From: an uncultured Oscillospiraceae bacterium
GTDB taxonomy: Bacteria; Bacillota; Clostridia; Christensenellales; CAG-314
Length of the DNA: 55,639 bases
Reading direction: 5' to 3'
NCBI GenBank assembly: GCA_964404625.1
Contig: CAYOKR010000001.1
Coordinates: 1 to 55,639 of the forward strand
Shown here: positions 26,959 to 36,600 of the stretch, in pieces
How positions within the stretch are numbered: the first letter of the stretch is position 1
Layout: the number at the start of each line of letters is the position of its first letter
The notes under the pieces: generated by a model
Told to the model about the DNA's origin: nothing
Database searches by the model: none
The model's input: the letters and a program-made list of their open reading frames with translations, nothing else
Translations under genes and position numbers: made by a program

Positions 26959-27846
26959 TTATAAAAAAATCTTTGCCAACAAAAATGTTACTAAGGTGGA
27001 GAATGCACTTTGCGTACATTTGGTTTTGAGTAGTTGTGTAAATTTTACGTTCTTTTGCGAAAGGAAGGCGAAACATTGCATTGCTACGCACAGCCCACCG
27101 AACGATAGCAGTGTAGACGTGCAAACGGTGGCAACAAAAATATCACAATTTTGGACTATTTTGATAATTCCGCTAGTCATTTCCAGCAGTCCAACTGCAA
27201 AAAATATCGTCGGGTGTTGAGATATGGACGTTGGCAAAATAGTTTGTATCATCTCTGTAATAACGAAAAATAATGCAATCAATCCGCCTACAGAAAGTAC
27301 CGAGAGTATCGAATTTGTAAGCGTTGTGCCAAAGTCTGTGTTGTCAAATGTGGCTACGTTGTTGAAACTGTATGATTTGTTTACAGTGTAAAGCAGTCCG
27401 TTAAGGATCATTGCAACTATCTGCGAAATGCAAATGATAACCGTTGCGGTAACGTTATCAAAAAGCGTGCCTACTGTTGCCAAAATAAAAACTGGGTTTG
27501 GCGTGGAGCAAAAACTGTGCATTGCAATGGCTGTCTTGCTGCCGACATTTTGTTGTGAAATGGCTTTTGCGCCGGCAGGATAGCCGCATAAAAAACTAAC
27601 AAACCAAACGTTGTCGCAACTTATTCCAAACAGCGATTTTGACAGCGAAAAACGACTCTTTCCCATACCTTTTGCGTACAAAGTGGAAAGCAGTGTAAAT
27701 GGAAAAAGTACAGGCAAAACGTTGTTCGCCCACACTGTGACGCCATCCAAAAACACCTTTGTGTAGCGTGGCGGATTTATAATAAATGCAAAAATTACGA
27801 AGGCAAAAAGTAGTGTGATGCTAAACTTAACTAACGATTTTTTCAT
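26959..27846 (-). CDS. ylbJ: sporulation integral membrane protein YlbJ-like (nucleoside-recognition/Gate domain)
   Basis: Polytopic membrane protein. The N-terminal VFLDGVTVWANNVLPVLFPF motif is typical of YlbJ. Lies next to rsmD/coaD as in B. subtilis. Start chosen at ATG 27846; the track start at 27885 is a TTG. Confidence 0.65.
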   Translation of the reverse strand: MKKSLVKFSITLLFAFVIFAFIINPPRYTKVFLDGVTVWANNVLPVLFPFTLLSTLYAKGMGKSRFSLSKSLFGISCDNVWFVSFLCGYPAGAKAISQQNVGSKTAIAMHSFCSTPNPVFILATVGTLFDNVTATVIICISQIVAMILNGLLYTVNKSYSFNNVATFDNTDFGTTLTNSILSVLSVGGLIALFFVITEMIQTILPTSISQHPTIFFAVGLLEMTSGIIKIVQNCDIFVATVCTSTLLSFGGLCVAMQCFAFLSQKNVKFTQLLKTKCTQSAFSTLVTFLLAKIFL

Positions 27847-28044
27847 TATATTACTAAATATTGTGCCAATGCAAGCAATATGCAATAAAAGTGGATCTTT
27901 ATTTATTTTCTAACGTATTTCGCTTTGACTCTTTCAGTTCTTGCCTAATTTAAGAATACTATTACAAACATAGTATCGCAAATAGAGACGATATTTGCCT
28001 AAAATACGGGAAATTTCCTGTTGAGGTGCTTATTATGTTTATGT

Positions 28045-28126
28045 GATTCTCTGTCATGATTTATTCGTGTATTTTTTTTGCTATGATTTATTGTGTGTTT
28101 GTAATTCTCTGCTATGATTTGTCTGT
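28045..28126. repeat. three degenerate direct repeats G-YY-ATGATTT(A/G)T..GT, spaced 27 and 31 bp
   Basis: Copy A: ATTCTCTGTCATGATTTATTCGTGT (28046-28070). Copy B: GCTATGATTTATTGTGTGT (28080-28098). Copy C: ATTCTCTGCTATGATTTGTCTGT (28104-28126). Confidence 0.5.
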
Positions 28127-28229
28127 TCGATTGGTAGTAAAAGTGTGTTTTAGTGTAGCTAAATTATCAAACTAAGTGTTAACACTTTGCTCGCATTGCA
28201 ATTAAAAGTGTAATTCACCATACATCAAA

Positions 28230-28256
28230 AAATACTGTCTTTTTGAGACAGTATTT
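28230..28256 (-). terminator. rho-independent terminator for tmcAL
   Basis: aaatactgtct / agacagtattt 11-bp stem. On the minus strand it is followed by TTTTTT. Confidence 0.75.
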
Positions 28257-28366
28257 AACATTGATTTGTTTAGTTGACTATATATTTCATTAATGTTAGA
28301 GATATTCGAAATAAACGATGCTGCCAAACAACGACTTGTAACTATTACTATCTTCAGTAAGTCATG

Positions 28367-29416
28367 CTAAATTTTTTGCAATTTTATCGGCGGTTTCTTG
28401 CCGCTAAAAGATAGATATAAATTGTCTGCAGTTGTATTGATTTTGTCGGGAGGAATATCGTTGCAAAGTTGTAGCAGTGTGGTTGCATCGTTTTTTACGG
28501 CAAGCACTTTCGTTGAAATTTCCTTTTGTTTACTATCTGCCATTACGTTGTTGTCGATATTTAAAACACAGTTTAGCACAATGCGTTGCAACTTGGCACG
28601 GGTAAAACGTTTACTTTTTACTTGGCATAACATCGTATCGTAACCGTTGTGCTTGTCGACTTTTGCAATTTTGTTATGCAATCCTTCTGTAACGCCGCTA
28701 ATATTTAGCAGCTGCTCTGCGCTTTTTAAGGACAAAAAGTGGCATGCAAAATCGCGATATTTTTGTTCAATAACGTCGTCGATATCATCTATCACAAAGT
28801 CGAATGTAAATTTATCGCGCAATGATTTGTCTTTTCGTAGTGCTGATGAGCTGGCAAAATCAACGCCATCGTTATTATAGTTATCTTCACGTTTGATTGT
28901 TATCGGCGTGATTTTCTCGTCAATCAAATTGATTGCTCGCAGATATTCGATTGCTAACGTATTGTTTGGCGCGTCGAGTAGTGGTGTGTCTAATGCGAGA
29001 CTTACCGCTTTGGGGTAGTTATTTCCTTTGGAAATGTAGTGGGCAATTTTTTCGTTAACGTCCACGTCGTCCAATAATTTTACCAACCGTTGTAGTTGGT
29101 CGATGTCTCCGCATTCACTTCCAAACACAAGGTAGTCGGCATGCAGTTGACTTGCGATTTTTACTCCGCCAAAAGCAAAATCCATTGCCGATGCCGTTGC
29201 AAAAACTGTGGGTAACTCAACTACCATATCTGCACCGCAAAGTATAGCATGGCGCGCGCGATCGTATTTGTCGGCACAGGCAGGCATTCCGCGTTGCACA
29301 AAATTGCCACTCATTATGCAAACAACCTTGTCGCTAATGGTTTTGGCATAATCGATAAGTCTTTTGTGACCGTTATGTATTGGGTTAAATTCGCAAATTA
29401 TAGCAGATATTTTCAT
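28367..29416 (-). CDS. tmcAL: tRNA(Met) cytidine acetate ligase (YlbM/UPF0348 nucleotidyltransferase)
   Basis: MKISAIICEFNPIHNGHKRLIDYAK N-terminus (HxGH nucleotidyltransferase motif); 349 aa. ylb-cluster context. Confidence 0.8.
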   Translation of the reverse strand: MKISAIICEFNPIHNGHKRLIDYAKTISDKVVCIMSGNFVQRGMPACADKYDRARHAILCGADMVVELPTVFATASAMDFAFGGVKIASQLHADYLVFGSECGDIDQLQRLVKLLDDVDVNEKIAHYISKGNNYPKAVSLALDTPLLDAPNNTLAIEYLRAINLIDEKITPITIKREDNYNNDGVDFASSSALRKDKSLRDKFTFDFVIDDIDDVIEQKYRDFACHFLSLKSAEQLLNISGVTEGLHNKIAKVDKHNGYDTMLCQVKSKRFTRAKLQRIVLNCVLNIDNNVMADSKQKEISTKVLAVKNDATTLLQLCNDIPPDKINTTADNLYLSFSGKKPPIKLQKI

Positions 29417-29446
29417 CAGTTTGTTCCTTGATTTGTGCCTTTTTTG

Positions 29447-29475
29447 TTTACAATAATTATTGATTGTGATATAAT
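29447..29475 (+). promoter_or_regulatory. sigma-A type promoter (pta-ackA)
   Basis: TTTACA 29447-29452, 17-nt spacer, TGaTATAAT (TATAAT 29470-29475). Implies a leader of about 225 nt. Confidence 0.55.
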
Positions 29476-29534
29476 AACAAGTGAGTGGTTTGCAGTGAAA
29501 ATAATTATGCCTTTTGTGTGCAAAATTGTACGTT

Positions 29535-29583
29535 GATATTCACTTGTTTGATAAACAAAATTAGTATATCAAAAGTGAATATC
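29535..29583 (+). other. long near-perfect inverted repeat in the pta leader
   Basis: GATATTCACTTGTTTGATA ... TATCAAAAGTGAATATC. About 17 bp of pairing with one bulge and a 13-nt loop. Confidence 0.6.
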
Positions 29584-29705
29584 CTTATATGACGGTGCAA
29601 ATATTACCAAAAGTGTAACACCACTCCGTTTGCTAATTATACACTAAATCTCGTAATAAATAAAGAGTTTTCGATAAAATAAGCATTTCTTTAAGGAGAA
29701 AAGTT

Positions 29706-30701
29706 ATGAACATTTTGGAACAAATCAAACAAAAGGCGGCAGTATTGCAAAAAACAATCGTGCTTTGCGAAGGTGAAGATAATCGTGTTGTTAAAGCTGC
29801 ACAAGACGCTACTCGCGAAGGTATTGCAAAAATCGTTTTGATTGGCGATGCTGATACAATCAAGACGGCTAACCCCACGATAGACCTTACCGGTGTTACC
29901 ATTGTAAACAATCTAACAAGCGACAAATTACCCGCTTACGTAGAAAAACTTTGCGAACTTCGTAAAAGCAAGGGTATGACTCCTGAACAAGCAACTGAAT
30001 TGCTTAAAGACGGTACCTATTTTGGCGCAATGATGCTAAAAATGGGTGAGGTTGACGGTCTTGTTTCCGGTGCGTGCCACTCCACGGCAAATACGCTTCG
30101 TCCCGGATTGCAAATCATCAAAACTGCTCCCGGTGCAAAAGCTGTATCCAGTTTCAACTTGATGCTTTGTCCTGAACAAGGCAATCAATATTGTCCCGAC
30201 GGTCTTGTTGTTTTTGCTGACTGTGGTTTGAATCCTACCTATACGCCCGAAGGTCTTGCGGATTGTGCTATTTCTACTGCAAAATCTGCTCAAGCCATTG
30301 CGGATATTGATCCCAAGGTTGCAATGTTGTCTTTCTCGTCCAAGGGCAGTGCAAAACACGACAACGTAACTATGGTAGCAGAAGCAACGCGCATTGCCAA
30401 GGAACTTGCTCCTGACTTGAAAATTGACGGTGAATTGCAATTTGACGCCGCAATCGTTCCTTCTGTTGGTGAAATGAAGGCAAAGGGAAGTCTCGTTGCC
30501 GGTCACGCTAACGTATTTATCTTCCCCGACTTGCAATCGGGCAACATCGGTTACAAGATTGCTGAACGTCTTGGCGGATTTATGGCTATCGGTCCCATTT
30601 GTCAAGGTTTCGCAAAACCAATGAATGACCTTTCTCGTGGATGCAAAACGGAAGATATTGTTGCTTGTGTAGCAATCACAGCACTTCAAACACAATTTTA
30701 G
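29706..30701 (+). CDS. pta: phosphate acetyltransferase
   Basis: 331 aa. KTIVLCEGEDNRVVKAA, GLVSGACHSTANTLRP and FPDLQSGNIGYKI motifs; SD AAGGAG. Confidence 0.95.
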   Translation: MNILEQIKQKAAVLQKTIVLCEGEDNRVVKAAQDATREGIAKIVLIGDADTIKTANPTIDLTGVTIVNNLTSDKLPAYVEKLCELRKSKGMTPEQATELLKDGTYFGAMMLKMGEVDGLVSGACHSTANTLRPGLQIIKTAPGAKAVSSFNLMLCPEQGNQYCPDGLVVFADCGLNPTYTPEGLADCAISTAKSAQAIADIDPKVAMLSFSSKGSAKHDNVTMVAEATRIAKELAPDLKIDGELQFDAAIVPSVGEMKAKGSLVAGHANVFIFPDLQSGNIGYKIAERLGGFMAIGPICQGFAKPMNDLSRGCKTEDIVACVAITALQTQF

Positions 30702-30710
30702 GAGATAAAT

Positions 30711-31916
30711 ATGAGCAAAATTTTGGTAATCAACTCCGGTAGTTCCTCTTTGAAATACCAACTTATTGATATGAAAGACGAAAGTGTTCTTGCAAAGGGT
30801 ATTTGCGAACGTATCGGTATCGAAAACTCTAACTTTGTTTACAAGGCGCACGGTCAAACTATCGAACAACTTGTAGATATGCCCAATCACAACGTTGCAG
30901 TTAAACTTGTTTTGGACAAGTTGACTGATGTGGAAGTGGGGGTTATCAAATCTATGGAAGAAATCGATGGTGTAGGTCACCGTGTTGTGGCATCCGGTGA
31001 GGCCTTCAAAGTTCCCACTCTGGTTACTCCCGAAGCAATGGTGCTGATGGATGAAATCAAAGATTTGGCTCCCTTGCATAATCCTGCTGCAATCGTTGGT
31101 GTTAATGCTTGTCTTGCGCAAATGCCAAACACACCGATGGTACTCGTGTTCGACACTGGATTCCACTTTACCATGCCCGACTACGCATATATGTATGCAA
31201 TCGATTACGCTCACTACGAAAAATACAAAATTCGTCGTTACGGCGCACACGGTACAAGCCACAAGTTTGTAGCGCAAGAAGCTGCAAAGTATCTTGGAAA
31301 AGATATTGCCGACCTAAAAATTATCACTTGCCACCTTGGTAATGGTTCGTCAATTTCTGCCGTTGACGGCGGAAAATGTATCGATACATCTATGGGATTT
31401 ACTCCCCTTGCAGGTGTTGCGATGGGTACTCGTAGTGGTGATATCGACTTCGCCGCTGCGGAATACATTGGACGTAAAGAAGGTATGGATATTTCTCAAA
31501 CTTTGACCTATCTCAATAAAAAGTGCGGTATGCTGGGTCTGTCCGGTGTAAGCAGTGACTTTAGAGATTTGGCAAAAGCTGCAGACGAAGGTAACTATCG
31601 CGCTAACCTTGCTTTGGATGTATTTACGTACGATACTAAAAAGTATATCGGTGCTTATGCCGCTGCCTTGAATGGTGTAGACGTTATTGTATTTACTGCC
31701 GGTGTCGGTGAAAACGATGCTGATGTTCGTCGTAGAACGCTTGCTAATATGGACTATCTTGGCGTTAAATTGGATGTCGAAAAGAACGCAAATTGCCCAC
31801 GTGGTACCATTGCGGAAATCCAAGCGGACGACTCTTCGGTCAAAATTCTCGTAATCCCCACCAACGAAGAAGTTGTGATAGCTCGCGAAACAATGGCTGT
31901 TGCAAAGTTGTCGTAA
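30711..31916 (+). CDS. ackA: acetate kinase
   Basis: MSKILVINSGSSSLKYQL, HRVVASGE, YGAHGTSH, ITCHLGNGSSI and IPTNEE motifs. Confidence 0.96.
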   Translation: MSKILVINSGSSSLKYQLIDMKDESVLAKGICERIGIENSNFVYKAHGQTIEQLVDMPNHNVAVKLVLDKLTDVEVGVIKSMEEIDGVGHRVVASGEAFKVPTLVTPEAMVLMDEIKDLAPLHNPAAIVGVNACLAQMPNTPMVLVFDTGFHFTMPDYAYMYAIDYAHYEKYKIRRYGAHGTSHKFVAQEAAKYLGKDIADLKIITCHLGNGSSISAVDGGKCIDTSMGFTPLAGVAMGTRSGDIDFAAAEYIGRKEGMDISQTLTYLNKKCGMLGLSGVSSDFRDLAKAADEGNYRANLALDVFTYDTKKYIGAYAAALNGVDVIVFTAGVGENDADVRRRTLANMDYLGVKLDVEKNANCPRGTIAEIQADDSSVKILVIPTNEEVVIARETMAVAKLS

Positions 31917-31920
31917 ATCG

Positions 31921-31949
31921 TTGACAAAACTGTGATAAATTAGTATAAT
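31921..31949 (+). promoter_or_regulatory. perfect sigma-A consensus promoter abutting the yceD ATG
   Basis: TTGACA 31921-31926, 17-nt spacer, TATAAT 31944-31949. The annotated ATG is at 31951. Confidence 0.55.
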
Positions 31950-31950
31950 A

Positions 31951-32454
31951 ATGGCTGTGCTTAGTAAAATTGTAATTGATTTGACGGAAAATCTATCTAA
32001 ACCGGGCAAAACGTTGGTTTTTGACGGCAAATTTGATTTGCCAAGCGACTTGTTACCATATCCGCAAGCGACTTTAACCAAAGTAGAAGTGGATTTTGAC
32101 GTAACATTCGAAAATCCTAACGTGTTTGTAGAAGGTGAAATAACTTGCTATATCGACGGAATTTGTGATAGATGTTTAATTAACGTTTCCAAACAAATCT
32201 ATTTACCGTTTGAACAAACGTTTTACAAAGATAGTGCAACGGACGAGGATGCTTACGTTTACTCTGGCAGTAAACTGGATGCAACCAAAGCTGTTTGCGA
32301 CGAAATTGTGTTGTCCCTTCCATTGAGCTTTTTGTGCAAGGAAGATTGCAAAGGCTTGTGTCACAAGTGTGGTACAGACTTGAACAAACAAACGTGCAGT
32401 TGCGACACCACACCTGACAACGCTTTTTCTGTACTAAAAAATCTAAAATTCTAA
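31951..32454 (+). CDS. yceD: YceD/YlbN family (DUF177) large-subunit ribosome maturation protein
   Basis: 167 aa, immediately upstream of rpmF. C-terminal CKEDCKGLCHKCGTDLN...CSC Cys motif typical of DUF177. The exact start is uncertain (see finding). Confidence 0.85.
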   Translation: MAVLSKIVIDLTENLSKPGKTLVFDGKFDLPSDLLPYPQATLTKVEVDFDVTFENPNVFVEGEITCYIDGICDRCLINVSKQIYLPFEQTFYKDSATDEDAYVYSGSKLDATKAVCDEIVLSLPLSFLCKEDCKGLCHKCGTDLNKQTCSCDTTPDNAFSVLKNLKF

Positions 32455-32469
32455 CGGAGGTGCATCACA

Positions 32470-32658
32470 ATGGCAGTACCCAAGAGTAAAACATCTAAAC
32501 AAAGAAAACACACAAGAGCAGCTAACTGGACAGCAACTGCTCAAACTTTGGTAGAATGTCCTCAATGCCACGAACTCAAGGTTGCTCACAAGGTTTGTGA
32601 TTCTTGTGGCTACTACGATGGCAAGCAAGTTGTTGAAGTAACGGCAGACAACAAGTAA
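32470..32658 (+). CDS. rpmF: 50S ribosomal protein L32
   Basis: MAVPKSKTSKQRKHTRAANW and the CPQC...CDSCG zinc-ribbon form; SD GGAGG. Confidence 0.97.
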   Translation: MAVPKSKTSKQRKHTRAANWTATAQTLVECPQCHELKVAHKVCDSCGYYDGKQVVEVTADNK

Positions 32659-32692
32659 TTGACGCTATCAAATACCAATTTGGTAAATAATT

Positions 32693-32720
32693 AACCACCG
32701 ATTTTGATCGGTGGTTTTTT
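32693..32720 (+). terminator. rho-independent terminator
   Basis: aaccaccgat / atcggtggtt 10-bp stem with 4-nt loop, followed by a T-run. Confidence 0.85.
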
Positions 32721-32789
32721 ATGTTGTGAAACATTTGCGATAAATATGTTATCAATCGTGAAACAATTCGCATTTGTTGTCTTAATCTA

Positions 32790-32818
32790 TTGCCAAAAAT
32801 ACTGTTTAGGTATATAAT
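32790..32818 (+). promoter_or_regulatory. sigma-A type promoter (rnc-smc)
   Basis: TTGCCA 32790-32795, 17-nt spacer, TATAAT 32813-32818. Confidence 0.6.
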
Positions 32819-32950
32819 GTACTAACATGATTGTAAGTGTCGCAGTGTGCAGCTTTGATTTTATTCGATATCGTAACGGGCTTTTGTGAATGGTTGTTTT
32901 TCGTTCGATTGATAAATGACTTGTGCGCGACGTAATTTTTGGATTTCAAA

Positions 32951-33628
32951 ATGATTGATATACAAGCTATCGAAAACATAATAGGATACACGTTTCAAAA
33001 CAAAGTGTTGCTTGTTCAGGCTTTTACACATCCGTCCTATGGGCACGTTTCCGGCATGTTGGATAACGACCGCATGGAATTTTTGGGCGATGCAATTTTG
33101 GATGCGATTATTTCCGACTACATCTATAATGCTTATCCAAATTTGGATGCCGGCGACCTTACTAAATTGCGTGCAACAATCGTTTCGGCACAGGGGCTAA
33201 AACCCGTTGTGAGACAAATGGGATTGTTGAAGCATTTGCTTGTTGCCGATGGTGCTGACGTTATTAAACGTCTTGGCAAAAAAATTGAATCTGATTTATT
33301 TGAGTCGGTGCTTGGCGCAATTTATCTTGACGGTGGTTATCGCGAAGCGGAAAAATTTGTTTTGGCTAATTTGAAACATCTTTTGGACGATCGTGTTATA
33401 GATCGTGGGAACAAGGATTACAAAACTCCCTTGCAAGAGTATTGTCAGTCGCGCAAATGGACGGTTGACTACAGATTTGTAAATCAATGCGGTCCACAAA
33501 ATAAACCGCTGTTTACCTTTGCATTGTATATTAATGATGAATTTTGTTGTGAAGGTTGTGGATTATCCAAAAAAATGGCACAACAGGATGCTGCACAGAA
33601 ATACTGTACTAAATGGAGAATTGAATAG
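32951..33628 (+). CDS. rnc: ribonuclease III
   Basis: ORF trimmed to ATG 32951. Has the HPSY..NDRMEFLGDAILD signature and a C-terminal dsRBD (KDYKTPLQEY). Confidence 0.93.
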   Translation: MIDIQAIENIIGYTFQNKVLLVQAFTHPSYGHVSGMLDNDRMEFLGDAILDAIISDYIYNAYPNLDAGDLTKLRATIVSAQGLKPVVRQMGLLKHLLVADGADVIKRLGKKIESDLFESVLGAIYLDGGYREAEKFVLANLKHLLDDRVIDRGNKDYKTPLQEYCQSRKWTVDYRFVNQCGPQNKPLFTFALYINDEFCCEGCGLSKKMAQQDAAQKYCTKWRIE

Positions 33629-36600
33629 TGCTATATTTGAAAAAGGTCGAAATGTACGGCTTCAAGAGTTTTGCCGACAAAGTAGAATTAAAATTTGATC
33701 AGCCCATAACCGCAATTGTTGGCCCTAACGGTTGTGGTAAGAGCAACATTTCTGATGCTATTCGTTGGGTGTTGGGCGAACAAAGTACCAAAAACTTGCG
33801 TGGTAAGGTGATGCAAGACCTTATTTTTAACGGAACAGACTCGCGTAAATCGATGAGTTATTGCGAAGTATCGTTGTTTATGGACAATACCACACGCATT
33901 TTTCCTTTGCCAATGGATGAGGTTATAATCAGTCGTAAGTTGTATCGCAATAACGAAAGCGAATATTTGCTTAATCGCAACGTTGTTAGACTTATGGACA
34001 TCAAAGAGCTTTTGCGTGGCGTAGGACTGGGTAAGGAAGGATATTCTATCGTTGGACAGGGCAGAATGGATGCCATTTTGAACGCAAAGCCGGAAGATCG
34101 CCGTGCTATCTTTGAAGAAGCGATGGGTATTTCAACCTTCCGTGCAAAAAAGGTGGAAACGGAGCGCAAACTGGAAAAAACACGTTTGAATACTGAAAAC
34201 TTGATGATTATCATCGAAGAACTTAAACGCCGTTTGCCGGAATTAAAGCGTCAATCTACCAATGCGCGCAAGTATCTTGACTTGTACGAACAGCTTAAAC
34301 ATCACGAAATCAACGCATATATATACAGTTACGACAATGCAAGTCAGCAAAAATCCGATTGTCGTGCCAAATTGGAAGGTTTGCGTGAAGAATACGCCCA
34401 CAAGGAAATTTTGTACGCCGAAGTCAACGAACAGTATGACGAAGTTTTCCACAAGCGTAATAATATCGATACGGAAATAGCCGCTTTAAGAGATAAACAG
34501 GTTAATTTGGCAGTAGAAGTTGAACGTAATTCCGGCGAAAAGAACTTGGTTCGTGAGCGAATCAACAGCTTAAAGCGTGAAGTGGAAAATGCTGAACAAC
34601 AAATTGTTGAAGCAAACACAGAAATTGACAAGCTTGTTGATGCTAACGATCAACTTAAAAACACAATCGCACGACGTATTGATGAACGCGATCAGTTGCA
34701 GAACGAAATTTTGCAAACTACCGACAAATACAATGCTATTGCACGCAGAGTAGACGGTATTCAACAGGATTTAAACAATCTACGCCAAAAGTTAGAAGAA
34801 GTTTTAGCACAAATCGCAAGTCTTACCAGTTCCGAAACGGGTTTTGAAGCGGAAGTTAAAACTTTGTCCGAACGTCTTGTGGAAATTGCGGAAAAGGAAC
34901 AAGAACTTTCTCAACGTTTGCAAGAAAATGCCGGTGAGGAAGGCGATTTGTTAGGCAAGTACGACGAACTTCGCAAGTTAAAGGAGGAGTTGGAAAAACA
35001 AGCTCAACAACTTAAACAACAAGTAAAGGAGTTAGAGTTTAACCAATTTAATCTAAATACCGAATTGCAACGCAAACAACAAGCCTATTCCAGCGAAAAG
35101 GGCGGTATAGACATGCTAAAAGAGTTTGTTGCAAGCTATCGTGGATATAACTCTTGTATTCAAAACTTGATGCAAGATGCTAAACACGACAGTCAACTTA
35201 ACTCGCATATTTGCGGAGTAGTTGCAAATCTAATTAAAGTAGAGTCTAAACTTCGCGTAGCTATCGAAACAGCACTTGGCGGACGTTTGCAAAATATCGT
35301 TACCAAAAACGAAGAAGACGTTAAATATCTAATCAATTATCTAAAAATAAACGACTACGGCAAAGCAACTTTTCTGCCTGTATCTTCCATGAAGCCCCAC
35401 GGAATTGATCGTGCGGATGTTTTGAAGGAAAAAGGCGTGTTGGGTATTGCTTGCGAGTTGATTTCTTACGACAAATACTACTCTAACGTTTTCGAGTCGT
35501 TGTTGGGCGGTATCGTTATCGTAGATACCTTCGATAATGCCGTTGCGCTTTCCAAAAAATATCACTACGTACACCGTATGGTAACGCTTACAGGTGAACG
35601 TATCAATAACGATGGTTCGTTGGAAGGTGGTAGTAGCAAAAAGCAATCCACAAGCCTGCTTTCGCAAGAAACTCAAATTGAAGAACGCACTGAAAAACTT
35701 GCGCAACTTCAAAGAGAATTGCAAACGGTTGAAAATCAAAAGCGACAATTGGACAAGCAGTTGGATGAGTGTCGTCAAACACAAAACGCTTTGCTTGCAC
35801 GTATCAATGCTGTTAACGTAGATATTGCAACCTGTCGTGAAAAGATTGAAACGTCCAACACCCTTAGCGGTGCAGACAAGAAAAACATTTTGGGACTTTC
35901 TAACGACAAGGAAAAAATTGGCGATCGTTTGGACGATTTGCAACGCAAAATTGCCAAAGTTAACGCACAAATAGAAGAACTTAAAGCTACCGAAGAAAAG
36001 TTACGCGAAAAAATCGCTCGTACCAACGAAACGTACAATGCGGAAATGGTTGCGAAGGATGGCGGACAGCAATCGTTGACAGAGCGAAAATATCGTTTGG
36101 CAGTGTTGGCATCCAATATTGATAATCTTAATCGCGAAATGCAATCCAACGATAAGCAAGTTTTGTCTTTGCGTGAAACTATAGAACTTAAGCAAAATTA
36201 TATATCTCAAGTGGGCGCATCTATCGATATTTTGTACGAAAAACTCAACGAAAGCACTACGGACTCTGCTTTGCAGGGCGAAATGTCTGCTTTGTTGGAC
36301 GAAATTAAATCGACTGACAAGCTAAAGTTGGATATCGAAATGCAGTTCCAAACGCTCACCGATCAACGCATGCAACTTTCTAACGAGTTGCAAGCGCTTT
36401 GCGGTTCAATCGAACATCAATCTTACGTTTTGAACAAAATTGACGACGACTTGATGCAACTGCAAGATCGTGTTTTCCAAGAATATGGCGTTACCTATTC
36501 TGCAGCAATGCAATATAAAGCGGAAGAATACGATTTTGAAGGTGGTAAAAATATTATTAGCGAGTTGCGTCAATCGTTGCAACGCTTGGGTAGTGTAAAC

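Noticed and set aside
30036-31277. 413-aa minus-strand ORF (also 31350..32081, 243 aa) antisense to pta, ackA and yceD
   Set aside because: pta and ackA on the + strand carry unmistakable family motifs. The antisense translations are low-complexity and Cys/His/Phe-rich with no domain signatures, so they are shadow ORFs.
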